A stretch of DNA of 62,433 nucleotides, counting the filler, from Chiloscyllium plagiosum (taxonomy: Eukaryota): NCBI RefSeq assembly GCF_004010195.1. It is 4 parts of one record of this genome, joined end to end, with 100 filler letters (N's around TTAATTAATTAA, not from the genome) between each part and the next. Parts side by side here need not be neighbours in the genome. Positions count along the whole stretch, not along the records: positions 16,444 to 28,546 come from NC_057717.1; positions 28,647 to 56,678 come from NC_057717.1; 2 more parts are not named here. One strand, given 5' to 3'. The translations under genes and the position numbers were made by a program. A model generated the notes under the pieces. The model was not told the origin of the DNA. It did not search any database and saw nothing but the letters and a program-made list of their open reading frames with translations. This document shows positions 23,882 to 36,110 of the stretch, piece by piece. Each line of letters starts with the position of its first letter. Position 1 is the first letter of the stretch.

Positions 23882-24769
23882 TCACCCCCTCTCTCTCGAG
23901 CTGCTGATCCCTGTTAGTGCTGTCAGTGATGCTCCTACTCCTACTATGGGATAACACATTGACAGAGCCCATTTATCATTCAATGATGGAAACTGTCCAC
24001 TGGGATAATTAGGATCCACAGAGATTGACATTAATCGCAGTCACTGAACAAATAGCTATAGTTAACCTTTTTCATTTCAATATTAATTTTATTAAAATCA
24101 AAAGAAAGTTTAAAATTTACACATTTGGGATGGGATTTATGGGGGTGACTAAAGGAAGGAATATTGGATATGGTAGCTTGATTGTATGTAATCGTTCAAT
24201 CCACCTTGGATATGAGAGTACTGTCAAAGGATTGTCAGAATATAAACAAGTTTCNNNNNNNNNNNNNNNNNNNNNNNNNNNNNNNNNNNNNNNNNNNNNN
24301 NNNNNNNNNNNNNNNNNNNNNNNNNNNNNNNNNNNNNNNNNNNNNNNNNNNNNNNNNNNNNNNNNNNNNNNNNNNNNNNNNNNNNNNNNNNNNNNNNNNN
24401 NNNNNNNNNNNNNNNNNNNNNNNNNNNNNNNNNNNNNNNNNNNNNNNNNNNNNNNNNNNNNNNNNNNNNNNNNNNNNNNNNNNNNNNNNNNNNNNNNNNN
24501 NNNNNNNNNNNNNNNNNNNNNNNNNNNNNNNNNNNNNNNNNNNNNNNNNNNNNNNNNNNNNNNNNNNNNNNNNNNNNNNNNNNNNNNNNNNNNNNNNNNN
24601 NNNNNNNNNNNNNNNNNNNNNNNNNNNNNNNNNNNNNNNNNNNNNNNNNNNNNNNNNNNNNNNNNNNNNNNNNNNNNNNNNNNNNNNNNNNNNNNNNNNN
24701 NNNNNNNNNNNNNNNNNNNNNNNNNNNNNNNNNNNNNNNNNNNNNNNNNNNNNNACAGGACTTAATGAT

Positions 24770-25656
24770 ACTGTGTACTGGGGGGTTCACTCAGGTCCGT
24801 TCAGACATGGGAGGTTTTGCTCCATCCCTGATCGTCAGCTCCCAGACACTCCAAGTGACCCTTTTGCTCTCCGTGCACATGGAATACTTTGATGTGGTTG
24901 ATTGGCGGTGGGGATGGTGTTTTGAAACGTGCATCAAGGGGACGTAAATTATCCAAGATGTATTCAATTCTTTCTACGTGAAGACGCGATGACGATGAGA
25001 ATGGCTGACTGCTTCTGAATGAAGAGGCCGTGACTGCTGCCAGGGCAGGGGGCATTTACCAACATGATGTACTGTGCATGGGCACGCTGTAACATTAATA
25101 GAGAAGGAGGGGGAGCTCCTTCAGTTCCTCTACCTCTCCCCATTGACATGGATACCCTGCAGATGCCATTTACACCATCGGGAATCCCACTATACTGAAT
25201 ACACCCAGCAGCTCCCTGCTGAGGGAGAAACAGTGCTTCTCATCCATCATATATATCCTCCATCATCGAATGGTTAACATTGATGTTGAGATACTGGGAA
25301 ATGATGGATATGTCACTTAGTCCTGCCTGGAAAGTTCTGGATCATAGAAACTGAATGAAACAGTGACCCTAACAGCCACTCGAAGCACCATCCTCCCCCT
25401 GGTGTGAAGCTGCAGGTCGTGTTGAAGGAGGTGACACCATTCTATGATCAGCTCCTTGTTCAGTCAGGGCCCCTCACACTCTGCACCTGGGTCAAGTGGA
25501 GCTTGGGAAGCTGGTCCTGGAAAACCCGGGGTTGATAGAGCAGATTCCTTTCCCCCCACACACTCATTGCGTGTTTTCAGAGCTTCCCCTCTCTGCAGCC
25601 TCTGCTCCATTTGTTGTTCATGTTACACACCCAGATGTTGTAACTACAGTCACCAT
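24770..25656 (-). mobile_element. PIF/Harbinger transposase pseudogene, longest copy
   Basis: Ordered motifs on - across frameshifts: MVTVV..HEQQMEQRLQRGE, YQPRVF, KELIIEWCHLLQ, VAVRVTVSFSFY..FQAGLSDISIISQ, GFPMV, HAQYIMLVNAPCPGSSH, EQNLPCL...PQY; all are collinear with HARBI1/Harbinger transposases. Confidence 0.85.
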
Positions 25657-25799
25657 GCTCCATCCAGAGTTGGGTCGCCAAATCCTCAGGTCTCCCTGAA
25701 TGTCTGAGGCAACTTACAGCACAACCTCCAGCAAAACATCCCCAGCCCCTCCACTAAATTTTCAATAACAGCAGTCAGTCAGAAACCCCTCGGTACAAG

Positions 25800-28270
25800 T
25801 GTTGTGAACCAGACCAGATCCCCGCAAAATATTTTAAGAAGGCTGCTTAGACCCAAACCTTTCCTTATTTTGAATATAGATGGGAAGTGTGCCTTACAGA
25901 TATGTTGTGACTGGTCAAACCACTCGTTATTAAGCAAAATATAATCTATTCAAATGCTTCAGTTAAAGTACAATCAAAGAAAAGAACATTTCGAGATGGC
26001 TTCTCTGTTGGAACACTTACACAAACAATAGATACAGTACCTTCTTGGTTTACACCGCTTGGCACAAAGATATATTCAAATTCAGATCCTTACAGCAGTT
26101 TTCCAATCCAGGAGGAAACAACATCAACAGAGATCTCAGAGAGAAAAGCAGCTGGGGATCATGTATTAACATTTCCAACCTTTTTGGGATCCCCAGCAGC
26201 TTCTGAATGCTGCAGCAAAAAACAAAATGAGAAACCCTGGTTTGGGAGAGCTGGCCACTGCCCTTCCATCGTTACCACCGCTTTAATAAAACCTAAAATC
26301 TCAGTTATTTATTTAAACTGTTTTCAGACAGCAGTTCTGCACCTCTGCCTTTAAAACCTCTCTTCAAAAAAAAAACCCAAGAGAAAATAACCTTTTTACA
26401 GTGATAGAATTCTCACAACTCCATCTTTAATACAATAATCCATCAATATATAACGATGGATTCATTTTAGACCTCCTAATATTTCTCTATTAGTAGACTG
26501 AAATGCATACACATTACATTGACTGTGAGCATATAAATGTTCACAACTAGTTTCAATTTCAGGCATTTTATTCCTGCCAAGTCTCCACAACGTGTCAAAA
26601 CGTAGGGTTTCTCGCCCTGTCAACTGTATAATTTCAAACTGAAGGGCAGCAATAATAAGCTCAATCGAAACAGACTGGTATTTTTCTCCCTAAATTTCTC
26701 CAAACCTTGAAGAGGTCACGATCAGTGATCAAGGTTTGTCTCATGTATGTTATTCGCAATTTAAATGCTGAAATGTTGTAACACCAACACTAAGCTCAAG
26801 GCCCCCTTCCCCATTGTGAAATAATTCTGTTGATATTTCCACTGGACAGTCCAAACACACGTTACATAACGGAGCACTTCTCATCTCTCCAATAGTCCTT
26901 CTGAAAGACATCGCTCCTCATGTCTCAGCATAAAAGAGTTACTTCTGTACCTCTTAATGCTCTAACCTCTTTACCTGCTATTCCTGACCTATTTTAGGTG
27001 TCATTAAAACGGTGGTAACGATGGAAGGGCAGTGGCCAGCTCTCCCAAACCAGGGTTTCTCATTTTGTTTTTTGCTGCAGCATTCAGAAGCTGCTGGGGA
27101 TCCCAAAAAGGTTGGAAATTTTAATACATGATCCCCAGCTGCTTTTCTCTCTGAGATCTCTGTTGATGTTGTTTCCTCCTGGATTGGAAAATTGCTGTCA
27201 CGGGTATATGTTTTAAGAAGATCTCACATATTCTTCACAACCTCTCAAAGAAACCAATCTTTGATTTCTGAACCCAATCATCATCATCAGCCATTTCTCA
27301 GCTTGCCATTGTAACTCTCTGCTCTTCCACACGACTTCTCACGACTGCAGGAAGTGAATTGTTGAACTTCACCAAAATAAGAATCTCTCTAAGAGTGTCA
27401 TAGGTTTGCTCTGTTTTTAATACCCTTACACACCTTTCAATTTTACTTTGTTTGATCCTTTCCAACTCAATGTGCGTTTAACCAGGGGCCCTTTTTTAGA
27501 TTCCTGAAATGCTGTCTGTCGGCTTCTGGCCCAAGCTCATATGCACTTCAGATGGCTTTCTTCACCACCCCATACTAGCCAGATACCTCCTCCGATAGGG
27601 ATGCAAATACCTATCAGCTTTGTTTGGATCAACTAAATCCACATGGTCACTGGTCACTGCATTTGTTTAGCCACTTTCTCAAATGAAATTCAAAAGACTT
27701 CCCCATCCTTCTCATCAAATTTAGATAATGCCTGGATGCATTTAAACAGAACCCCATTATGCCATTGGTTACAATAGGGTTGTTCAACCTCACTATTCTC
27801 CTCATCCCACCGACCATATGCATTCATCTCCACCTTCTATGTCAACTTTCCTCTCTAACTGTTAACTTTTTAAGTTGAAACTCTCTGTTTTTCTTCTGTC
27901 CTATTCTCTCTTTCTTCTTCATTTCCTTTTTTTATTTCTACTTTTCATCATAATTCAAACTGTTTCAATTCCTTCTCATGTTCAAAGTGCCTCATTTGAA
28001 ATTAAATTCCAGCCGTTTCCAAAGAGTCTGATGGCAGTTCTACCAAATGTAATTGCCGAGCTATCGCTGTAATTATCTCTCATTTTCTCACAGACACACG
28101 CAACCCCAACTCCAGCTTGTCTGTCAATTCCTACAGCTTTGCCTTCATTACATTTTGTAAAACCACCAACTTCACTTCCACCACACCCAGTTAATGACTG
28201 AAAGAATCGTTATACACAAACCACTATTTAAACCAACCGAATTCACACCCACAACAAAAGACACTAACAG
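25800..28270 (-). mobile_element. Internally deleted Gmr1-like Gypsy LTR retrotransposon (gag, protease remnant, RNase H end, 3' LTR 25800-26417)
   Basis: LTR TGTGAGA...CACAACA on -, preceded by purine-rich aaagatggag; RNase H ALSLVLVLQHF and SLFRLSLLLLPF; protease-like GKEVRALRGT; gag KFDEKDGEVF..SFEKVAKQMQ..LIQTKL. Confidence 0.8.
27003..27198 (+). repeat. Near-perfect inverted copy of LTR segment 26092-26287
   Basis: attaaaacggtggtaacgatggaagggcagtggcc...ggattggaaaattgctgt is the reverse complement of 26092-26287 with only a few mismatches. Confidence 0.95.
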
Positions 28271-28318
28271 CTACCATACACGACCTTTGAACGCAATAGT
28301 CTCCCGGTGCATAATCTC

Positions 28319-28546
28319 CAGTGTCTGCATGAACTTATTAATGGATTCTCTGGTTTCCTCCCACAATCCAAAGATGTGCATGTCCGGTAAATTGGCCATG
28401 CTAAATTGTTCATAGTTTTCAGGGATGTGTGGGTTAGGAGCCTTAGTCGGGGAAGATGTGTAATAATAGGGTAAAGGAATGGGTCTGGGTAGGTTACTCC
28501 TCGGAGGGTCGGTGTGGACTTGTTGGGTCGAATGGTCTGTTTGCAC
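28319..28546 (+). mobile_element. HE1-like SINE 3' half
   Basis: ggtttcctcccacaatccaaagatgtgca...ttggccatgctaaattg...gggtcggtgtggacttgttggg. Confidence 0.85.
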
Positions 28547-28649
28547 NNNNNNNNNNNNNNNNNNNNNNNNNNNNNNNNNNNNNNNNNNNNTTAATTAATT
28601 AANNNNNNNNNNNNNNNNNNNNNNNNNNNNNNNNNNNNNNNNNNNNAAA

Positions 28650-30150
28650 AAAAATCAGGTAACTATAGATCGGTGAGCATGACGTCAATGGTGACCAAAT
28701 TGTTGGAGAGGATTTTGAAGGAAGGGATATATATGCATTTGGAAAGACAAGGATTGAAGAGGGCTTTGTACATTGGAGATCACGTCTCATTGACTCGGTG
28801 GAATTTTTTGCGGAAGTGATGAAGATGATTGATGAAGGCAGGGCAGTGGATGTTGTCTTTCTGGAATTCAGAAAGAAAACCAAAATGGTCTACATGGTAG
28901 ACTGGTTAACAAGGTTAGACTGCCTGGGATCCAGGGATAGCTCGCCATTAAGATCCAAACTTTTCTGGAATATTGGAGACAGGGCGTGACAGTGGACATT
29001 TTTCATTAAACTTGGAGACCTTTGACCAGTGGCGTGCTGCAAAGATCAATAGTGGGTCCACTGTCTTTTGTCACTTATACAAATCATTTGCATTTGAGTA
29101 TACGAAGTATGGTCAGTAAGTTTGTAGATAATACCAAATTTGTTGGTGTAGTCGCCAGTGAAGAATGAACTCTCAGACTATAATGGGACTTTGCTTAGGT
29201 GAGCCGAGGAGTGGCAGATGGGGTTTATTTTCGTTAAATGTGAGTTGTTGCATTTTGGCAAGACAAATCAAGGCAAGACATGTAGGTAGGGTCCTGTCGA
29301 AAGCTGCCTATCAAGGAGAACTCCATAGAAATGATCGAATCCCTACAATGTGGAAACAGCCTATTCGGCCCATCGAGGCCACACCGACCCTCTAAACAGT
29401 ATTACACTGGACAAACCCCAACCCTATTTCTCTGAACCTGCATTTCCCATGTCTAATCCACCTCGCCTACACATCCCTGGTTACTATATGCAATTTAGCA
29501 TGGCCAATCTACCTTTATCTTTATATCTTTATAATGTCAAAGGAAAACATAACATCCGGAGGAAACTCATGCAGACATGGTGAGAATATGCAATCTCCAC
29601 ACAGGCAGTCATTCAAGGATGGAATTACACCCAGATCGCTGCGCTCTGAAGCAGCAATGCTAGTCACTGAGCTACTGTGTCACCTGGTGGTGCAGATTCT
29701 CCGTTCCTTGAAAGTGTCGTCACAGGTAGACAGTGCAGTGAAGAAGGCACTTGGTGATCTTCCCTTTATTGGTCCGTGCTTTGAGTCTAAACATTTTCAT
29801 GACATGCTGCATCTGTACAGGACATTGGTTGGGCTACTTTTGTAATACTGCCTTTAATTCTGGTCCCCTTGCTGTCGGAAAGATGTTGTCAAACTTGAAA
29901 GGGTGCAGAAGAGCTTTAAAAGAATGTTGCAGGTGTTGGAGGGTTAGAGTTACAGGGAGAGTTTGAATAGGCTGGGCCTATTTTCTAGTGTTGAGGCTGA
30001 GGGGTGACCTTAAAGAGGTTTATAAAATCATGAGGGGCATAGATAAGGTAAACAGTCAATGTCTTTTCCCCAGGATAGGCAAGTCCAAAATTAGAAGACA
30101 AAAGTTTAAGGAGAGGGGGGAAAGTTTTAAATAGGGACATGAGGGACAAC
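28650..30150 (+). mobile_element. CR1 RT-region fragment, interrupted by an antisense HE1 SINE (29325-29672)
   Basis: EFFAEVMKMIDEGRAVDVVFLEF; LHLYRTLVG; the SINE is recognised on the minus strand. Confidence 0.88.
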
Positions 30151-30369
30151 GCTTGTTTGCTCAATTGCTGAGAGTAAAATACAAAAATACATCATTCAGA
30201 TTTTGATGGTGTTTTACAGAAACAGGAGAAAGGCTTTTAGTCAAGAGAAGCTGTAAGGAATGCGAAGAGGCCATTCAGGCCCTCAATTCCATTCCACAAG
30301 AACATCAGGTGAGCACAGAGCCATTGGGGCCTGTTAGCCAGTAGCAGGAGGTGGACATCTACTTTCGCA

Positions 30370-30550
30370 AACCTTGGATCAGGAGGCAGTCACTCAGCTG
30401 CTCAAGATTGGGACACAGGAACAGGAGGCAGTAATTCAACTGCTTGATACTGGGACACAGAAATAGGAGGCAGTCATTCAGTGCTCGAAACTGGGGCAAA
30501 GGGAAATCTGGAGGTGACTCACTCTCGACTAGTATGGGACACTGGGAGAG
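30370..30550. repeat. Degenerate ~40-bp tandem repeat
   Basis: tgggacacag(g)aacaggaggcagtcattcaactgct units. Confidence 0.7.
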
Positions 30551-30679
30551 AAGGGGACTTTGTTTGTAACAAACAGAAATATATGAATAAGTTGCCTTAG
30601 TGGTCCTTTCAATCCTGCCCCACCATTCACTAAGACCACGTCTGTTCTGATTGTGATTCCCTCATTACATTTTATGGAT

Positions 30680-30755
30680 ACTCCCCTTTCTGCAGCCTCT
30701 GCTCCATTTGTTGGTCATGTTGCAGACTCAGGTGCTGCAACAACACTCCCATGAC
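30680..30755 (-). mobile_element. Harbinger transposase 5' fragment
   Basis: ctgcagcctctgctccatttgttggtcatgttgcagactcag is homologous to 25590-25640. Confidence 0.65.
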
Positions 30756-30904
30756 TCATCCAGAAAGATGGGTCTAACAGGATAAGTCAGGATTTGAAGT
30801 TCCAATCACAAGAATGAAAACACAAAATCAAGGTATTGTCAGATGTTTAGTACTCTCATTCGCAATCCAACTCATATAACCAGCCCATCCATTACATATT
30901 CAGG

Positions 30905-31140
30905 ATGGAGCACTGTGCAGTTCCGGCTAGTGCACAGCTGTATGTAACCCCGCAATGTCCAGAGTGAAACTCTGTGCAGTCCACACCAATGTTTGATCTA
31001 TAATCCTGAGTTAAATGTCCAGTGTGGGAAGCTGTGCAGTCCACACTGGTTCATTCATATACAAACCCAGGCTGTTGCATTGTTCGGTAACACTGTGTTA
31101 GATCACTGCCCAGTGTGGATAAACATGTAACCAATGCTGA
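30905..31140. repeat. Degenerate ~58-60-bp tandem repeat
   Basis: Recurring ctgtgcagtccacac...aaccc...aatgtccag. Confidence 0.55.
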
Positions 31141-31299
31141 AAGTGACAGGATTTGCAGTTCCCATCCATTTACAGCTCCATATCTCCACTGTGCCTTGAC
31201 AAGGGATGCTGCGAATGTGAAAGTCACTGCGAGGAAGAGATGTAAATGGAAACAATTTAAATACCAATAGTTCTGATTAAGGCGAGTATCACTCTAGTA

Positions 31300-33900
31300 T
31301 TTAAAGATCAAATAACTGAGATAATATCCAATTAGGTTTTGTGAACAGTGCAAAGAAGTAAGAGGGGGGTGGTGATGTTATAGTGGTTGCACTTTCAGCC
31401 TCCAAATAATCAATGGGAATTAGAGGAACAAATATGTAGTGAGACTGGTGAGAGTTGCAGGAGCAATAGGGTTGTCATTATAGGCAATTTTAATTTTCTT
31501 AACATAGACTGGGACTTCCAGATGGTTATGACCTTAGATGGAACGTAATTTGTTAAGTGTGTTCAGGGAAGTTTCCACAAGCAATATATAGAGGGTCCTA
31601 CTGGGGAAGGGACAAACTCGACTTACATTTGGGAAATAGGGTAGGATAGGTGACGGAGGTAAAGTGGGGGAGCATTTTGGGAAAAGTGACTAGAGCTGAA
31701 TTAATTTTAAAATAGTTATGATAAGGACAAAATTGGTCCACAGAATCAAATTCTAAGTTGGGGCAAGGCGTATTTTGTTAGAATTAGACAGGGGATGGCA
31801 GGGAATGATTGGAGTAGTTTGTTTCCAGGTAAAAGGATCCCGGGCAAGTGGGAGACCTTCAAAAGTGAGATAGCTCGAGTTCAAGGTCTATATGTTCCTC
31901 TGAGAGTGAAGGGAAAGTGAGGCTGGAAGACAGAACCTTGGATGACAAGAGATATTGAGTCTCTGACCAGCAAGAAAAGGAGGCGTGGCTCACGTACTGG
32001 CAGCTGGGACCAAGGGAATCCCTGGAGGTATACAGGGGATACAAGAGTTTAGTAAAGAAGGAAATCAGCAAGGCGAAAAGTGGGGTATGAGATAGCCTTG
32101 GCTGAGCAGATTAATGTGAATCCAAATTCAGTATAGGAAAGAAAAAGAACAACCAGAGAGAGAATAGGACGTCTTAAAAACCAAAATAGGCACGCATGTG
32201 TAAAACCTCAAGAGATGGGTGAGGTCCTCAATTTCCCCTCTGTGTTTGCCATGAAGAAAGACTCGAAGATCTGTGACATTTGGGGGGTTAATTGCCATAT
32301 CTTGGTACAGTCCATATCACAGTAAAGGTGTTGATGGACATATTAGAGATCATAAAGTCAGATACATCTCTTGGTCCTGACCAGATATATCCAAGAGCAC
32401 TGCAAGAGGCGAGATAAAACAACGAAGGGGGCAAGGAACCGGAAGACTGGGCGGTTAAAAATGTGCCCTTATTCAAGAAGGGCTGCAAATAAAAGCCTGG
32501 GAAATATACACCTTTAAGCTTCACATCTGTTTTCGGTAAACCGCTTGAGAAGGTTCTGAGATATAAGATATGCATGCATTTGGAAAAAACAGAGTTTGAC
32601 TTGGAGCAGTAAGCATAGCTTTGTGCTTGGCAGATCATGCCTTACAATTTTGTTCGAGCTTTTGAGGAAGTGACCAGGAAGGTTGACAAGGGTGGGTTGG
32701 TGGACATAGTCTATATGGATTCCAGTAAGGCCTTTGATAATGTTCCACATGGTAGGTCGCTCTGGAAGGTTAGATTGCATGGACTCGAATGTAAACTGGC
32801 AAATTTGCAACACAATTGATTTGACGTTATGAAGCAAATGGCTATGGTGGAGGGATGCTTGTCGGACTGGAGGCCTGTGACGAGTGGAGTGCATCAGTGG
32901 TCGTACCTGAGCCCATTGCTGTTTGTTATCTATATCAATGATTTGGACCAGTGTGTACAGTGCAAGGTTAGTAAGTTTGCAGATGATTCTAAATTAGGAG
33001 GCATCATTTACAGTGAGGAACATTATCAGAAATTGCAGCAGTACCTTGGTCAACTGCGGAAGTGGGCTGCGAAATAGCAAATGGCGTTTAATATAGATAA
33101 GTGTGAGTCTTGCATTTTGGAAAGTCAAATCCAGGTAGAAGTTTAATTATGAATGAGAGGGCCTTAAGGCGTGTAGTGGAACAAAGGGAGATCAGGTGCA
33201 CGGTTGTCTGAAATTTGAGTCACAGATATACAGGACAGTGAAGAAAGTTTTTGGCACACTGGCCTACATCAGGGCATTGAGTATAGAGGTTGGGACGTTA
33301 TGATGCAGTTGTACAGGATGTTGGTAAGGCTGCAGTCGGAGTATTGTGCTCAGTTTTGTTCACCTTTCTCTGGAAAGGATATTATTGAACGAGAAAGAGT
33401 GTAGAAGAAATTTACAATGATATTTCCTGGGCTAAAGGCTCTAAGTTATAGCCATAGGTTGGACAGGTTAGAACTTATTTCTTTACAGCGTCGGAAACTA
33501 AGAGGGTTCTTGTGGAAGTGTAACTCTTATAAAATCATAAGAGGCGTGCATGGGGTGAATACTTCAAAAATTTTCCCAAGGTTGTGGAATCGAGGACTAG
33601 AGGACATCTTGGAATGTTTGGAAAGGAAAAAGATATATAAAAAAGGAACCTGAGGGGCAACTGTTTTTTACACAGAGTGTGATACGCATATGGACTGAGC
33701 TGCCATTGGAAGTGATTGAGGTGGGTACAATAACAACATTGAAAAGGCATTTTGACAAATACACAGATAGGAAACGTTTATAGGGATACAGAGAAGGGGC
33801 AGGGAAATGGGGTGAGTATGGATAGACATTTTGGTTGGCATGGACCAGCTGGGCCAAATGGTCAGGCATATGGCAGTCTCGTGCAGTATGACTGTAAGTG
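31300..33900 (+). mobile_element. CR1 LINE ORF2 with 3' end, decayed
   Basis: FEEVTRKVDKGGLVDIVYMDSSKAFDNVPH; VTSGVHQ.S.LSPLLFVIYINDLD...SKFADDSKLGG. Confidence 0.93.
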
Positions 33901-34461
33901 AGTATGTTTTGGAGTGGAGGCAGAGGGGGGAGACTGAGAAAAAATGTCATGGAAGGATATGTTCACAGGTTTCAGAATGCTGAAATGAAGACTTTTCGAT
34001 AGTATCATGCGACACAGGTCAGTATTATGAAGAATTATGAGTGAATGGGATATTGTTGTGAGTTGAGGCGATGGAGAGTTTTGGATGAGCAGTTGTTCTG
34101 CAGCTTTGTAACTGGGAGTGAGGACAGCAGAGTCTTCGCCTCATTGGGCTGAATCTAACAAAAAACTCTCAGTAATATTTTTATTGAGTGTGATAGAGGG
34201 GTTGTCTGCACGAGGCCGAGCTAGTTTCCTGGTGCTGTCTTACCAAACTCATCTCATTAACTACCCACCCCACTCTATTGTGTCCCTCTCATACAATGCC
34301 AGACTAATTCTCCCAACCACCAGGACTGGAGGTACTCACCATCGCCCGGATTCCTCCTGGATATTCCTTGATCCCTGACACTGGGATCATCTTTAAAAGG
34401 CCAATGGGCACACGGTTGAGCTTTCTCAGTTTGGAGCTGCCCTGCACAGTTTGCCACGAGC

Positions 34462-34790
34462 ATGCCAGATAAGGGGAAATTACACCACGGTTTCTTTACA
34501 GGGGCACGGAGGTCCTGGTGGATGGGCTAGTACAGAGGGGAATCGATCTCTTCCCAGAGGGATTACACCACCAGACCCATCGATCCTGGTCTGAGCTCAC
34601 CAGCCACCTCAGTGCAGTATTTGCGGTCTGAAGAAATGTCCAGCAAAACAGGACAAGCATCAATAACCTTCCCCACTGTGTCAGGATAAGGCTCACTGTA
34701 TTGTCTCTGCTCCCTCACACTCACTGTATATTTGTTGTAGCACCGACCCCTGAACAAGGCTCATGCTTCACCAATCGCACCACTGCATGC
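34462..34790 (+). mobile_element. Harbinger Myb/SANT-like ORF2 exon 1 fossil plus intron start
   Basis: ITPRFLYRGTEVLVDGLVQRGIDLFPE...WSELTSHLSAVFAV*RNVQQNRTSINNL matches Myb_DNA-bind_5/NAIF1-like RF...LEVLV..V......LF...W..VA..V......R...Q.RK..NDL; TATA-like tttaaaa upstream at about 34392. Confidence 0.75.
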
Positions 34791-35918
34791 AGCACCTTCC
34801 CTGTGTTTCTCTCTTGCATTTCTAATGCCCCCCACACAGTTATCGAATATTCTGGAGAATGCCAATCATGGAATGATTCAGATAATGTTCCAACTTATTC
34901 CCAGTTTCAGTAAAGCGGCAGTGCCCCAGTGTGTAACACATAAGAGGATGGAGTAGAGATGTACGTTTTTCAAATCACAAACAGTTAAAATCTATGATGA
35001 GGCCATTCGGTACTTTAAACATGCTCCAACATTCAATACGTTTGGGGGTGATGTGATGGTTTTCTCAGCATCATGTTACAGGAACTTTCAGTCATTCAAC
35101 CCCCAACCTCCTATTACTGAGCAGATGATTCTCAGACAAGTTTTACCCCGGGTTTCTTCTAGCATGTGTTCAGAAGGCATTTCCCATGGGGACGGACTCT
35201 CCTAACAATATATTTTATCTGCTTTATAAATTCATACAACAGTCAGCATGCTTTCCACAGAACAATCAAAAACATGCACTTATTTTATGGTTATCGATAT
35301 TCAATCACAATTAGTCATTCTGGTTATTTCACTTGTCTCACCTTATTGTATTCAGCCAAAGACACCTTCCAAACACTTGTCTCATTATANNNNNNNNNNN
35401 NNNNNNNNNNNNNNNNNNNNNNNNNNNNNNNNNNNNNNNNNNNNNNNNNNNNNNNNNNNNNNNNNNNNNNNNNNNNNNNNNNNNNNNNNNNNNNNNNNNN
35501 NNNNNNNNNNNNNNNNNNNNNNNNNNNNNNNNNNNNNNNNNNNNNNNNNNNNNNNNNNNNNNNNNNNNNNNNNNNNNNNNNNNNNNNNNNNNNNNNNNNN
35601 NNNNNNNNNNNNNNNNNNNNNNNNNNNNNNNNNNNNNNNNNNNNNNNNNNNNNNNNNNNNNNNNNNNNNNNNNNNNNNNNNNNNNNNNNNNNNNNNNNNN
35701 NNNNNNNNNNNNNNNNNNNNNNNNNNNNNNNNNNNNNNNNNNNNNNNNNNNNNNNNNNNNNNNNNNNNNNNNNNNNNNNNNNNNNNNNNNNNNNNNNNNN
35801 NNNNNNNNNNNNNNNNNNNNNNNNNNNNNNNNNNNNNNNNNNNNNNNNNNNNNNNNNNNNNNNNNNNNNNNNNNNNNNNNNNNNNNNNNNNNNNNNNNNN
35901 NNNNNNNNNNNNNNNNNT

Positions 35919-36110
35919 AGAGTGGCAGATAAGCCTGCATCGCGGTGATCCAAAAAGGGTTGCCATATCTTATATAAATCTGCTTTTTGGTGCACCATAT
36001 ACTGGTGAGAAAGTCCAAAGGGATAGTTTGCATGACGAGCTTATGACGACCCAACAGACCCGGGGGCTTTCAGAAATTCCACACAACAGAATATTTTTTC
36101 TGGCACAGGA
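35919..36110 (-). mobile_element. L1-clade ORF2 C-terminal fragment
   Basis: MVHQKADLYKIWQPFLD on -; homologous to 37821-37962. Confidence 0.7.

Larger units (their letters stand above)
16444..24254 (-). repeat. Right arm of the large inverted duplication (partner 7303-15018)
   Basis: Reverse-complement match of roughly 95-97% by eye, with small indels; both ends abut N gaps. Confidence 0.97.

Noticed and set aside
24025..24892. Long ORFs spanning N runs (also at 12335, 20877, 35166, 49037 and 51656)
   Set aside because: Artefacts of translating gaps.
25444..25707. Repeated Cys-rich + strand peptide (LCSLCSICCSCY), suggestive of a small gene family
   Set aside because: It is the antisense of the Harbinger transposase N-terminus.
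34620..34770. Apparent minus-strand exon/intron pattern (gtgagt...ttcttcag) shared by several loci
   Set aside because: Better explained as the antisense of the + strand Harbinger Myb-like exon 1 and its intron; the minus-strand frames contain stops in some copies.
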